The position numbers and the translations under genes were made by a program. 64,000 nucleotides of DNA from the human T2T-CHM13v2.0 reference genome, Homo sapiens, in NCBI GenBank assembly GCA_009914755.4, contig CP068257.2, positions 32,192,001-32,256,000 of the forward strand. Reading direction: 5' to 3'. Shown here piece after piece: positions 27,176 through 41,885 of this stretch (positions are counted from its first letter, which is position 1; each line of letters starts with the position of its first letter). The notes under the pieces were generated by a model. It ran no database searches. It saw nothing but the letters and a program-made list of their open reading frames with translations, and was not told where the DNA came from.

Positions 27176-27964
27176 TTGCTATTTTGGTTTTGCAAAAAGA
27201 CCCACTATCAAGGAATGCTGCATGTGCTATTAAAAATTGTTCCAAATGTCCATAAATCTGAGACTTGATGTATTTTTTCATTTTGTCCAGTGTTACCAAC
27301 TAAATTGTGCAGTTTGGGGCTTTTCCCCCTTACCATAGAAGTGCAGAGGAGTTCAGTATCTCTGTTTTAAAGACGTATAGAATGAGCCCAATTAAAGCGA
27401 AGGTGTTTGTGCTTGTTTGTGTGTATCAGCTGTACCTTGTTGAGCATGTAATACATCCTGTACATAAGAAATTAGTTCTTTCCATGGCAAAGCTATTACC
27501 TTGTACGATGCTCTAATCATATTGCATTTAATTTTATTTTGCACAGTGACCTTGTAGCCACATGAGAAAGCACTCTGTGTTTTTGTTCGGTCTCAGATTT
27601 ATCTGGTTGAGTTGGTGTTTTGTTTGGGGTTTTTAATTTTGCGTGTTTGCATAGCATAAAATCAGTAGACAACACCACTGAGGTCGTTACGATCAACGAT
27701 ATCCACAGTCTCTTTTTAGTCTCTGTTACATGAAGTTTTATTCCAGTTACTTTTCATGGAATGACCTATTTTGAACAAGTAATTTTCTTGACAAGAAAGA
27801 ATGTATAGAAGTCTCCCTGCAATTAATTTCCAATGTTTACATTTTTTAACTAGACTGTGGAATTTCTACAGATTAATATGAAATGGAGCTCATGGTCCGT
27901 TTGTGTGTTAGATATGCTGTAGCTGAAGCCCTGTTTGTCTTTTAAACACTAGTTGGAAGCTCTC

Positions 27965-27970
27965 AATAAA
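27965..27970 (+). promoter_or_regulatory. Second candidate polyA signal (AATAAA) about 1.5 kb past the SH3E donor
   Basis: The sequence is ctctcaataaaaatgcctgctgc. This is an alternative, more distal end for a short-isoform UTR. Confidence 0.25.
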
Positions 27971-30164
27971 AATGCCTGCTGCTCACAGCACAGAAAATGG
28001 GGCAGGGGGAGCCTCAAGCACAATCTAGCTGTCCTCCTAAAGACTCTGTAATGCTCACTCCCCTCGCGTTCTCCCGGCGCTGTCGGGAGGCTGTGCTGGT
28101 GGTCGTGTAGAGGTCCTTCTCCTTTCACATGGTGCAGAGAGCGAGGACCTCTCCTCCTCGTTCAGTTGCACTTCAGTATTTTCACGGATATGAATGTAAA
28201 ATATATAAATATATAAACCTGCGGCTTTAACAACTGTAATACAACCTTTTGAATTAGTTCCGTGTATAGATAATTAAATTCTTCATACAAAAGTTAGATG
28301 GAAATGTCTCTGTGTTCTTGATGTTGGAACCTGGCAGTGGTGGTGAGGAACCAAGCAGACTAGATGTCAGCAATGGGCCTGCTGCCCACGTGTCAACCAT
28401 GACCTGTGCTCTTTGAAATACAGACATTATCAGAGGCTCGCCGAGTCTTTGTTGAACAGCCCTCCCTCTCCCCGTGCTCTCCACCTTCCCTGATCAATAT
28501 GCAAATGATCATTCCTTATAATACCAGTTTCGAAACATAGAACTCTACCACCCAGTTTAGCAGTTCAGTCTCACCGGGCTTTTGATATAAGTTGTCGACA
28601 CATTGAGGGTGTGTGATTTGGCTCAGGGTACAAACCATTTGTCCAAAAGATGTATCGTAATGTACTGGTGAACACCCCCAAAATTATGTGGGTAAAGACA
28701 GAAACTTGCACATGCCCCACGTTGTCTGGGATCGGCTTCTGCCTGGCACACTTTGCAGAAATAAACCAGCGTCCACATTGATGCCACTGTTTGCTACAAT
28801 GACCACATGCTTGATTCCATCCTCATGAGCTTCACTTATTGGACCTCTCCTGCCATTCAGTGGAAAAGTGGTTTCCTTCCTCAATTCAGCAGATATTTGG
28901 TGGGGGGGATGTCTACCATGAGTTGGGTGCCCCATTGGCTTCTGGGAGGAGTGTGGTACTCCGTGGAAACAGAGTCCCTGTCTTCATGGAGTTCATATTG
29001 TAATGGAAGGAACAAACAGAAAACCAAACTCCTGCAATCCATATAAATATGCACGGTATGTGTGTGACAAGGTGACAAGTTCTGCACTAGAAGTTTGGAT
29101 ATGAGGCACCACTGAGCAGACTGGCAGGGCCAGGGGAGGGTGGCTGCAGGGCAAGGATCAGAGAACCTTCAGGGGGTGGGGCGGGGAGTGCCATTTGAGC
29201 TGAGACCTGAAGAGTAAGGAGGGAGGAGCCAGATGGAGTGGGGGAAGAGGTGTGGCTATTGTAGATGGAGCTGTCAGGACAAGCAAAGGCCCAGGGGTGG
29301 GCGGGGAGATCCTTCTCACTGTCCCCCAGGCCACCCCCGTGTGGAGCAGTGGTTGAGTCTGCAAGTCCCATCTCTTCCCCAGGATCCCTTCAGCTGTGTA
29401 AGCCAGTGTTGCTTCTCCAGTCTTGAGTTTGGCTGGAAGGGATGCAGTTGTCAAGGTGGGTACTACTCCATAACACTCTACCTAATTCACTCCAGATGCC
29501 CCACGCCCTCACTGTAGGCCATTTCCCCAGGCTTGCCTCCAGCTTTGTGAAGTTGACATGGGTTGTTCCCCAGGAAGCTGTGCTTTCCCCTACAAATCAT
29601 TGAGTTTGCATTTGGTTGTATCCATTGGACCCCATGATTCTCAGCCAGTGGGAGTGCTGCTGGTGTCTCATGGTTAGAGTCAGGGATGCTGCTCCTCATC
29701 CTGCAGTGCACAGGACAGTCCCCCGCAACAAAGAATGATCTGGCCCCAGATGTCACCAGAGCTGAGGTTGAGAAGCGCAGGTCTCACCCCACTGGCCACT
29801 GTGGTTAATGTTCACCTGGTTATTCACCACCAGAAAGGCTGCCCCGGTAACTCCTGTTGAATAAATTTAATCACCTAAGCTCATGTCGTGTATCTGCAGC
29901 ATCAAACGTATCTCAGAACCTTGGTTTTATATTTCAAAATCTTATTCTTGTTTATTATCCCCCATACTCTGCACTTTGGTACTAGATTAAACTACTTCAG
30001 TCATATTCACAAGAGAATCTGGTTAACAGAAAATTGAGTACAAGGGAAAGAAAGCATCTTTCTTCTAATAAATTAGTGAAGGGATACTAGGTATCTCCTA
30101 TGGCCTCAGAGTTTAAAGGTGTCAGGTTTTGGTTTGTTTGTTCTTTAGCTATTTGTTTTTTGTT

Positions 30165-30617
<453 letters not shown>

Positions 30618-31736
30618 TGATTATTAAATCATTTAATTTCATATTGGTCTGTGTAAATATATTTGCAAGTGAACTTTGGGTACAGTTTTGCTCCAGTAGC
30701 ATTAGACAAGATGAGTCCAAATGAGATTGTCTTCATTGTGCACTTACGAATCACTCTCCTCTGGCCGGCTGCCTCTCCACACTGCAGAGCAGGCCTGCAG
30801 AGTTGGGGAGCCATGGTGGTTGAGTTCCCCAAGTGGCCCAGGCCTCAGACTGCCTCTGCATAAAAGGGTGTCTGGGAGAAGCCGATCTAAAGCAGTAACT
30901 CGGCCCTATGTTAAGTCACAAAATATCTAACCATTACATGCATGGTAGAAACTGGTATCTTCCCTGTTTCTGGAAAGGAATCTGGGCAGACCCAGGCCGC
31001 AAATAGTAACGATTGGGTTATCTATGCTTTCAGCGATGCCATCAGAAGAAATAGTAACACTAGCTTAGGAAAACCCTCTAAATATTAGGTTTAACCATAT
31101 GAAATTGTCAATTCTTACCTATAAAAACAGCAATCTATAATTCAACCTAGTACAATATATCATCACCTGGCACATGGTAGGTTAGGTTAAAAAAAAATGC
31201 CTATTGAATGAGTGAATGAAATCAACCGGTGACTATAGAAAACACCAGTCTCAGCTTTTGACACAGACCACATCACCCTCAGAGAGGAGACCATGCTGTC
31301 TCTCCAGTTTCCTTTTCCTTTAGATGTGAGCTTCCCAAAAACAACAGTGGCCTTGGAAGGGGCTGCTCCTGGAGTCTCTTGCTCATTTGGTCTAAGAAGG
31401 AGGCTGAGGACCAGGGACCGTTGTCTGAGCCAAGTCTCCACTCCAGCACAGGGCGGGGGCAACACCCCACCCAGGTAACAGTTGGGCAACGGGCACAGCA
31501 AATCGCAGTCCTGCTTCATTAATCCTATTCATTCTCTTTAGTTCCAAAAATACCCAAGAGAATTTTTATGGAAATGACATTGGATGCCAATGGTCCCAAA
31601 AATGCAAGGAAAAATAGCTCCTTCTTTGAAATGTCTGGTATTCGGGGTCTGGTAGGATAGGGAGACGTAGTGAAGTCCAAGATCACAGTAGCCTTAATGT
31701 GAATGTTCCGCTTCAGCCAGAGTTCTCTTGGGCACT

Positions 31737-31993
31737 TTTTTTTTTTTTTTTTTGAGACGGTTCACCCAGGTTGGAGTACAGTGGTGCAATCTCGGCTCAC
31801 TGCAAGCTCTGCCTCAGCCTCCCCAGTAGCTGGGACTACAGGTGCCCGCCACCATGCCTCGCTAATTTTTTTGTACTAGAGATGGGGTTTCACTGTGTTA
31901 GCCAGGATGGTCTCGATCTCCTGACCTTGTGATCCGCCTGCCTCGGCCTCCCAAAGTGCTGGGATTACAGGCGTGAGCCACCGCGCCCGGCCA
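31737..31993 (-). mobile_element. Alu SINE with a target-site duplication (ctcttgggcactt)
   Basis: Minus-orientation Alu. The flank is repeated at 31724 and 31994. Confidence 0.9.
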
Positions 31994-32292
31994 CTCTTGG
32001 GCACTTCTTTACGAAAACCCCACATAGGAAAAACCAGGCTTCCAGAGTGTCTCCTGACGTCTAGTTAGCTATTCCATTTCAGAGGGCTCCATAGCCTCTC
32101 AGGAAGAATCTATTCTTTAAATTAAAAGCTCCCCAGGCATTTTTAAGTTGTATGACCTGATTCTCAAAAATGTTTCATTTATAAAAAATGAGCATCAGCT
32201 ATAAGATATATATAGTGTCCGTGCAACTTAATGTTGGGCATACCACCTCTTAGAAGCTACCAGCTACCATGCTGTTGTTTTATGATGTCAAC

Positions 32293-32293
<1 letters not shown>

Positions 32294-32328
<35 letters not shown>
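32294..32328. repeat. (GT)n dinucleotide microsatellite, about 17 units
   Basis: A perfect gtgtgt… run. Confidence 0.95.
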
Positions 32329-32329
<1 letters not shown>

Positions 32330-33519
32330 CAGGCAGTGAGCAGCAACTTTCAGGTGACTTAACTGCCTACATCTGTAGCTTGGTGACAGTAGGTCAAACG
32401 GTGAGTTCAGGGTACAGCCAGAAGGCAGATAAATACCGCTGTATAGAAGATTCTGGCAGAGGCTGACAGCTGCTATTTCCACATCTGCTTGGCACGTCGC
32501 TTCTGAGTGATGTTGCAAGCCTCAAAAGAGATGTTCCTTATTTTGACTCAGACTATCATGTCTTTAAAAGCTGAACAGTTCCTTCTCTTGATGCCGTTTC
32601 TCTGAACTCTGACCCAGGAGAGGGGAGAACACTTTTGATCTGCCAGTTTTCATCAAGGACGCTGTTTCCCTCAGTGAGAGGATGAAACCCCTGACGCCCC
32701 TGCTTTCCCCTCCCATTTCCTATGCTGTCCTGTCCCCTTCTGATACCTGTCCCCACACACTCATGCACGCTGATCCACTGCGTTGCTTCCCAGGCCCCAC
32801 CCAGAAAGTGAGGAAAGGCCTGGGCTGCGGTGGAGCGCAGGATGTTCTCTGCGGATTATTCAGTGAAGTCGAGATCTTAGAGAACATTGAGCATAAGGCC
32901 TGCACCTATACAGCTGAGGGCACTGAGGGTCTCGGGAAACACAGTGATGTTCTCAAGTCAGCTTTTCAAATTCCGACAAGTCCTCGTTCTAGGCGTACCA
33001 TTTGATGCACAGATCTATGGACATGTGTGTCCATAATAGCCCCAGAGCTCCTGCCTCCACAGAACTGGTGGCTGCATCTTTGGAAAGATCGGGAAGGGGC
33101 CCCTCTTGCCTCATGTGATTTCCTCACTGGTGGGGTTACCATGGGAGTTTGGAGCCATTGGTAAGGATTCCAACACATTTTCAACGCACAAGCTTCATGC
33201 TGACCCGCCCCAGCCCTTTGTCCTTCTCTCCTCCACTGGGCGAGTTTGCCAGGCGCTCAGGCTTACTTAAGACACCCTCAGTCTGAGCCAAATGTAAGAA
33301 CATGTGCTGCTGTAGCTTCCCAATTTTCATTCCTGGCCTCCAGAAAAACATGGTGCTGTATATAACAACACGGCTTCTCTGCAAGTTCAGCCTAATATTT
33401 TACTCCATTTCTCTCATCATTTTGGAACATTCTATTTCCCTGTAGACCACCTGCCTATAGGAAGATAGTGATTCAGACGGAGCATCCACATAACTGCATC
33501 TGGGGACCTTATAGAGGCT

Positions 33520-33670
33520 AAGGAGCAATCCAGGATGGTGGCTCAGAGCACGGGTTCAAATCCCAGCTCTGCTACTTACTAGTGGTGTGATCTTGGGCAA
33601 GTTATGTAACCTCTTTGTGCTTCAGTTTCCTCATTTACATATGGAGAGATAATGATGACATCTAGCAGAA
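33520..33670 (+). mobile_element. MIR SINE fragment
   Basis: The stretch gggttcaaatcccagctctgctacttactagtggtgtgatcttgggcaagttatgtaacctctttgtgcttcagtttcctcatttacat matches the MIR core. Confidence 0.7.
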
Positions 33671-36600
33671 AATAAGCAGAGAATAATAGCTTTGTTGCTG
33701 TTGTTTTTATTGGAGAGAAAAGGCATTTGTGCCTGGTCAGTGAGCATCATGGAATCCAATCAAGTGCCTTCTTTCATTAAACCAAAACAGCAGGTAGGTT
33801 GTGTGCATTTTTAAGACCTTTTAGAAAGTATGCTTTTATAGATTAGGAATTTCAGAGAGAAAAGATTGGACAGCTTCCCTAAAAACTTTGAGCTATCTCA
33901 TTGCAAGATTTGCCCTACCAATCCGTGCACGAACCCTGGCCCCCTTCCTGATAGCAGGAGGCCCACCGGTGGAAGCAAGCAGCTTTTTAAACGCCTTCGC
34001 TGCACTCCTGCAATGTGCAGAGACCTCTGGACCAAAGACCAGAGCCTACTCAGCAGACTCTTGGTTGATGTGGACAAGCTGCCTGTGTTTCACACGGTCG
34101 ACGGTGGGGAGGCCACCAGGGAAAATGGAATGTGCAGGGCTTTTAAATGTCACGTCTGGACTGTGTTGGCAGGCCCATGCAGCGCTCCACAATAAACCTG
34201 TCACAAATGCATTGAGTCACTGGGTCCTTTATTTCTCATCACGGCATTCTGTGCCCTTGTGTTCTCTTGCCAGCAAAGAATGGAACGTTCAGCCCCCTAG
34301 ACATGCCGGCTGCTGGATTTTTTAAGCAATCATCCAGCTTAGATAAGGGGCGTGGGCTGCTGGGGAATGCTGCCCCAAAGCGCTGTCTCCAGAGCAGCTG
34401 CCCCAGGCATGCTTAATTCCCTCCCTGCCCACTGTGTGCACCCCCAAGATGCCTCTCAATATCCAGACCTGCAGTTCCACTCTGTTTGTTAGGCCCCCCA
34501 GGAGAGCGAGCCTGCAGTCCGCCCCAGCAGAGGGGACCAGGCCAGGGATGCCTCTTTCCTCTCTGGAGTGTTACCTTGGAGTCCTGAGGCCCCGTGACAA
34601 GACCCCACACGGCCGAATCCTCAGTAACAGCCCTCCACTGACTTGGTATCCAGTGGGATTCCTCCCTCCATCCCATTCTCTAGGGGGCAGAAGCACATCT
34701 GCCCGTCCTGTCCGCCTCCCCTTCCATCCTGCATCCTGTCTTCTCCTCTCCCCGCCTCCTGCTGTGTGGCCCATGAGCCCAGGAGGGACCCAGTCTACTC
34801 TGTTTACCTCTCCCGCTGCCCACTGAGAGTCATGGCTGAGGTACATGGAACCGGCCTGGTCATAGGGCCGTGCTCAGCAGAACACAAGCAGAGGAGATGC
34901 CTAGAACTTTCAGGAGCAGGTGACAAGCAGCAGAGAAATGAGTGGGGGTTCCAGCTAGTGAAGGATGGGGTGGCACAGAGCATGACTGGGGGCCAGGGAT
35001 CCAGCCGAGAGGATGGCCCGAGAAAGCTCTCTGAAGAGGGGGGATGGAGACCTGGCTGCGGGGGAGGCACGTCCAAAGATCAAGGGGGAGGAGCTTTCTC
35101 GGCCCAAGGGACAGCAAGTGCAAAGGCCAGGGCTGAAGGAGCTGCTCCTGCCCCTCACAGAAGGATGACTGAGTCTTCGACCTGGTCTCTCTGCACCCAC
35201 TCTCTCCTTCCAGCTTCCCCCACGCTGCAGGCAGAGAGCTATTCTAAAAACATCACTTCTTATGCTTAAAATCATCCAGGGGATTCCCGGTCCTCCGAGA
35301 TAAAAGACCCGAATCTACTTGGTCTGCAAACCCTGCCTGATCTGCCCCCTTCTCCAGCCCTCTAACCTTCCCTCTCCTCATTTATTCCTATTTGTGCTGA
35401 ATTTTAGCACGGCTCAGTCGTCACCTCCTCGAGGAAGCCTTCCCTAACCCATGCATTCTTCTGTGCTTGCAGAGGGGAAACTGGGCTGACTGGTTACGGA
35501 GCTGCTCTACAGGAGCCTGCTCAGTGTTCTTTCTTCTGCCACCTTTGAGTCCCCGTCATGACCCGTCACGAAAGTCCAGGCTTTTGTTGCCCCCATGGCT
35601 TTCCAAATGGCCCTGTTGAAAACATCCCCTTTGACCCTCCAAACCACTTTATGGAAAGGTCCATTTTCATCATGGGAGTCCCTCCTCAGAGAGAGTCAGA
35701 ACCCACATCTGGTGCCCACTGTGGCATCGTGGGCCCACGTCAGCAGGAAGGGATGGGGGTGCAGGCAGGCAGTGTGGGCAAGGAGCCTCCCCCAGCCTTA
35801 GAGACTGAATGACTCAACCCCCCTTGTCTACCTCCCAGGGATCTTGTGTGCCCACATGTCCAATAGGGAGGTGGTGCTTGGGTCCAGGGACTTCCTTCAT
35901 CATCTAGCCTCACTCTGCTGTCCAGTCTCACCCAACCCAGAACCTTCCCTCCATCATGTCAGCCTCCACCACCACCCCAGAATTCTTGAGTCTCATTTAA
36001 GCCACTGGTATGCCCCAGCTGCAAATGCCTTTGCCCCACCTCCCCTGCCTTTCCTGCCCACCTGCCTTCACCTCTCCTGATTTCGCTGCCACCTCTCCTG
36101 CTCCATTAACTTGTAACAACTCAGCTCTTTTCTGAATTCCTTATCACACAGAAAGATGACTAGATAGAAAGGCTGATACAGAAATACATAGATACTCTTA
36201 CCTCCCCAGTTAGACTGTGAGCTCCTTGGAGGCAGGGCCCAAATCTTGTGGTTTGTTACATCCCCATTAAGACCTCCATGGTAACAACACTAATGAACAG
36301 CGATGGTACCTTGCCTTGTGTAGTTGTCTTATTGCAGGGCACCCTGCCTCCCTGCTGATTACAAACCAGAGGGCAGGTCCTACCTCCCACACGTGCATAT
36401 CCCCATGGCGCCTCACTCTTGCCAGTTGCTCAGGAAGTGCTGTGGCAGACAGTCCTGGGCTGCCCTTCTACCTGCCTGTTGTTCCACAGGCTTGGTCCTT
36501 CCTCCCCAGCTAGGCTGTGAGGGGCAGGACACGTCACAGTGTTCATTCTCCCTGCTGCGTGTAGCCTGGAACCCAGCACAAAACCTGTGCTTGAGTTTCC

Positions 36601-38324
36601 CTCCCCAGAAGGAAAGGAAATTGTAAACGAGGCACCATCGTTTACAAAATAAGTTCTCATGAAAAGACCCCAAAACAGGAAGTGAGCTTATGAAGCATAA
36701 GGATTGTTCTTCATCGTTCTTATAACCACCTTCAGTACTGTCTATTTATGTATGTATTTGGTTTTCTGTCTCCCCTACCAAAATGGAAGCCCCACAAAAG
36801 TAGGGGCCCCTGCGGATCTATGCAGCCGCTGTGAATGAGCAGGAAATGTCATGGCTCAGGTTGCCTCTTGGGTTCCTATGGGATCAGTTTGTTAAGTTAG
36901 GAGAGACCGACCCCAGGGAGCAGGCTATGGGTGCTTAGACCCTTCTGAAGAAAGTTCCATTGAGATGAGAAGTCCACCTGCCCCTCTGGACAGCTCAGAG
37001 CTGGTCTGGCCTCCAGAGCTTCCTGTGGGCTGGGGCTGTCCAGGAACCGGTCAGCCAAGGGTCATTTTCAGAGAAGGCCTGGCTGCCTTGGCCTAGACTG
37101 GCCACTGCCATCCCCCACCAGTCCCCACCAGCCCTGCGCTCCAAGGACAAGCACAACCTCTCAGCCTGATCTTGCAGGCATCTGCTGAGAGAGAAAAGCT
37201 TAAGGACCACCCTCAGGCCTGCCCTTTGAAAAGCCGGTGGTTTCCTCCTGATTCCATTTCCTGACATATCACCAGCATAGGTTTTATTCTTGATAGGGAA
37301 GGTCACCGTACATCGCTGGGATCTGCTGTTCCATTCATAAGATGAGGGCGTTGAGCAGAGAGAGTAGCCTTTGAAGCCATAGCCCATGCCTGGGGGTCAG
37401 TGGTGGCAGCGTGGCCTGAGGTGCAGCTTCAGAGGGCCCGAAGAGTGGAGTGTCAGATGGTCTCTGGGCTCAGAGAGATGGCGTTCTGTGGTTATAGCCA
37501 TTGAGCCTCTTGGACAATGGCTTGAGTGACCTGCCATGGGCTGGATTCAGCTCAGCAGTTGTGGCAGCTCTCATGATCCCTGGGCCTGGACGGATCAGTT
37601 TCCAAATCCCACCCGCTTTTCGCACCAGGTGTCTTGATTTCCAGGCCATCTTTCCTCTGATCTCCTGGCTGTACATGGGAACCACACGGGAGCTTTGCCG
37701 ATAACAGATGCCTGGACCCCACTCCAGCCAGTCCGGTTTAGTTGGTCTGGGGTACAGCAGGGGCACTGGGATTTTTAAAAACTCCTTGCGTGACCCCAGT
37801 GTGTGGCCAAACTCCAGGGCCACAGCCCCGTCCATGCCACACACAGCTGCCGCACTGATCCCCTGAAACACAGCCAAGACCTTCCCAGCTCCGCAGCCAG
37901 CGCCTCCTCGACTGGACTTCCCCACCTGTTAGGGCTGAACTGTGTCCCTCAGATTCACACGTTGAAGCCCAGGACATCAGAATATGACTTCGTTTGGAGA
38001 TAAATTCTTTAAAGAGGTGATGAAGTGAACACGAGGCTGTTAGGGTGAGCCCTAATTCCATCTGATGGGTGCTCTTAATAAGAGGGGGAAATGTGGACAC
38101 ACAGACGCTGGAGATGTGCATGCACAGAGGAAAGACCCTGCCGAGGAGAGAGGCCTCAGGAGGAACCAGCCCTGTTGTCACCTTGATCTTGGACTTTGTA
38201 TCTTTAGAACCATGAGGAAGTATATGTTGTTTAAGCGGCTGGGTCTGTGGCCTTTGTTATGGTCGCCTGAGCAGATTAGCGCACCAGCGAGGAGGAAGAG
38301 GCCTCCGGGGAAGAGCATGAGCTC

Positions 38325-38500
38325 TAGGGTCAGACTCCCTCTGCCATTTATCAACTGACTTACCCGCCCTGTGCCTCAGTTTCCCTGTCTGTTCAGTGGG
38401 GGATAACAACAGTATAGCTACCGCATAGGATTCCTGGTGAGGATTCAATGAGTTTGCACATGTGCAGCACCCGGCATTGTGAGCTCTGAGTGGCGTTCCA
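38325..38500 (+). mobile_element. MIR SINE fragment
   Basis: The stretch …ctgacttacccgccctgtgcctcagtttccctgtctgttcagtgggggataacaacagtatagctaccgcataggattcctggtgaggattcaatgag…. Confidence 0.65.
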
Positions 38501-38707
38501 CCTGAACGCCCATGACTCACCATCACGCAGAGACTGCTTCCCTCCTCTGCACCTGCCCCCAGGGCTCCACGCCCCCGACTCCAATTTCTATTTACTCCCA
38601 TTCTTCCTCCCTCCATTTGAATCCCTCACCGCTGCCTGCCCCCTCACCACCGATATTAGCCTGCTGAAGTCCAACTCAAATTCCTCCTCCCCTGCTAAAT
38701 ATTTTCA

Positions 38708-39423
<716 letters not shown>

Positions 39424-41039
39424 TTAATTGTACATTTAAAAATAACTAAAACAGTGTAATTGGATTGTTTGTAACACAAAGGATAAATGCTTGAGGGGAC
39501 GGATACCCCATTCTTATGATGTGATTATTACACATTGCATCCCTGTACCAAAATAGCTCAGGTGCGCCATAAATATATACACCTACAATGTACCCACAAA
39601 ACTTAAAAATAAAACAAAAACCAACAGGCTCCTCCTTCATATTCCAATAAAAATGCATTTGTACTTTCATTATAACATGCCAGTCTGCCTTTGTACCCAA
39701 AAAACTTATTAACAGGAGCTACTCATACTACAGGAGAGGGCACAGTGAGAGCAGGAAGTCAGGGGTGGGACATAGAAGGGGCCTGGAATGAGCTGAAGCA
39801 TACCTACCACAGAGGATGTAAAGCTGTGCCAGGAATTCCAGTGCCCATTATGAAGCTATGAATGATACACCCTTTCACTCTCTGAAATGTGCATATTTAT
39901 GGAAAATTAAGAGATGATTTATCCCTGAGAAGAATTTGATCTTCACCACTTCTCAGCAGTAATTAAACTGCCTGGCAACCCCTGTGGACTGGATTCCCCT
40001 CCTTGGGAGAAAACAAAGCTTATTTGGAGTTACATTGGCACTTTTAAGCATCTGGGTTACATCTGAATGGAAGCCTCCCGAGGACCCAGCTACATGGGGC
40101 AAGATGTGTCACCAGGACAGGCTGGGTGGGATACCTGAGCTCTGCTGGACCCACGAGGGTCTCTGGTGCCTTTGGGGGCATTCCTTCCCCTCTCACCTCT
40201 GTGCCCACCGGCTTCTCCAGACCCCATTAAAAATCGCATCTTGAGGATTTGCAACTCCGAGGTCTCAAGGACTGATAACCGCTTGGAGTGATGCCCTGTG
40301 CAAAGTGCCTGCAACTCAGCAAGGATCCAAGTTGGCCTGGGACTCCCAGGTCTAGCAACCAGCAGGCTCCCAAAGGACAAGGACCCGGACTGCCTCCTTC
40401 TCACTGAACCCCGGGGCCGAGCGTGGATGCTGCTTCACAGCAGGAGTACACAACTTCATGGCTTGGAGAACGCTGGGGTTTCAGACATCAGCTGCAGGGT
40501 AAAGGGACATAGTGTTTGGCCAGAGAACTTTCTTCACGTCATATCCATGTGGCTTCATCTGCTTTTCCTACACGACAGGCCACCCCACACCTACCAGGAG
40601 AGGCCCAGGGTGTTGAAGGGAGTGCAGTTAGATTAATTTGCCCAGGAGAAGCCAGTGCAGCTCTGGGGTGCATGGGCTCACCTGGCAGGAGAGACTTGGT
40701 CCATGGGGAGAAGCCTGCAGTATAGATGGGACCTCCAGGAGCCCAAGTAGCATAGACCCTGCTGATCCGGGGCCATTGAGCCAGAGGATTTGGGCTGAAT
40801 GTCCCCAGAGACAAAAGGGAAAGGTAGATCCTTTCCCTTAAAGATGAAAGCCATCGCCCGGGCTTGCTTATTGCTCTCTCTCCTGGTCCTTCCACATGTT
40901 GTTTCTGAACATTTGTTCTGGCATCACAATCCCCGTCACCCTGTCATCTGGCCCTTCCCACCTTTCCACCTTATCTCTTGCAGTGTCTCCGCGTCGACCT
41001 GGCACCTGGGTGAAGGCTTGCTCTTGCTGGTGCCCATAG

Positions 41040-41885
<846 letters not shown>

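Noticed and set aside
34643-35269. A 208-aa + strand ORF, and overlapping - strand ORFs, in the 20-kb intron
   Set aside because: Pro/Ser/Ala-rich low-complexity translation. The ORFs overlap in several frames (a GC-rich artefact). There are no splice-site or start-codon contexts and no resemblance to any protein family I know.
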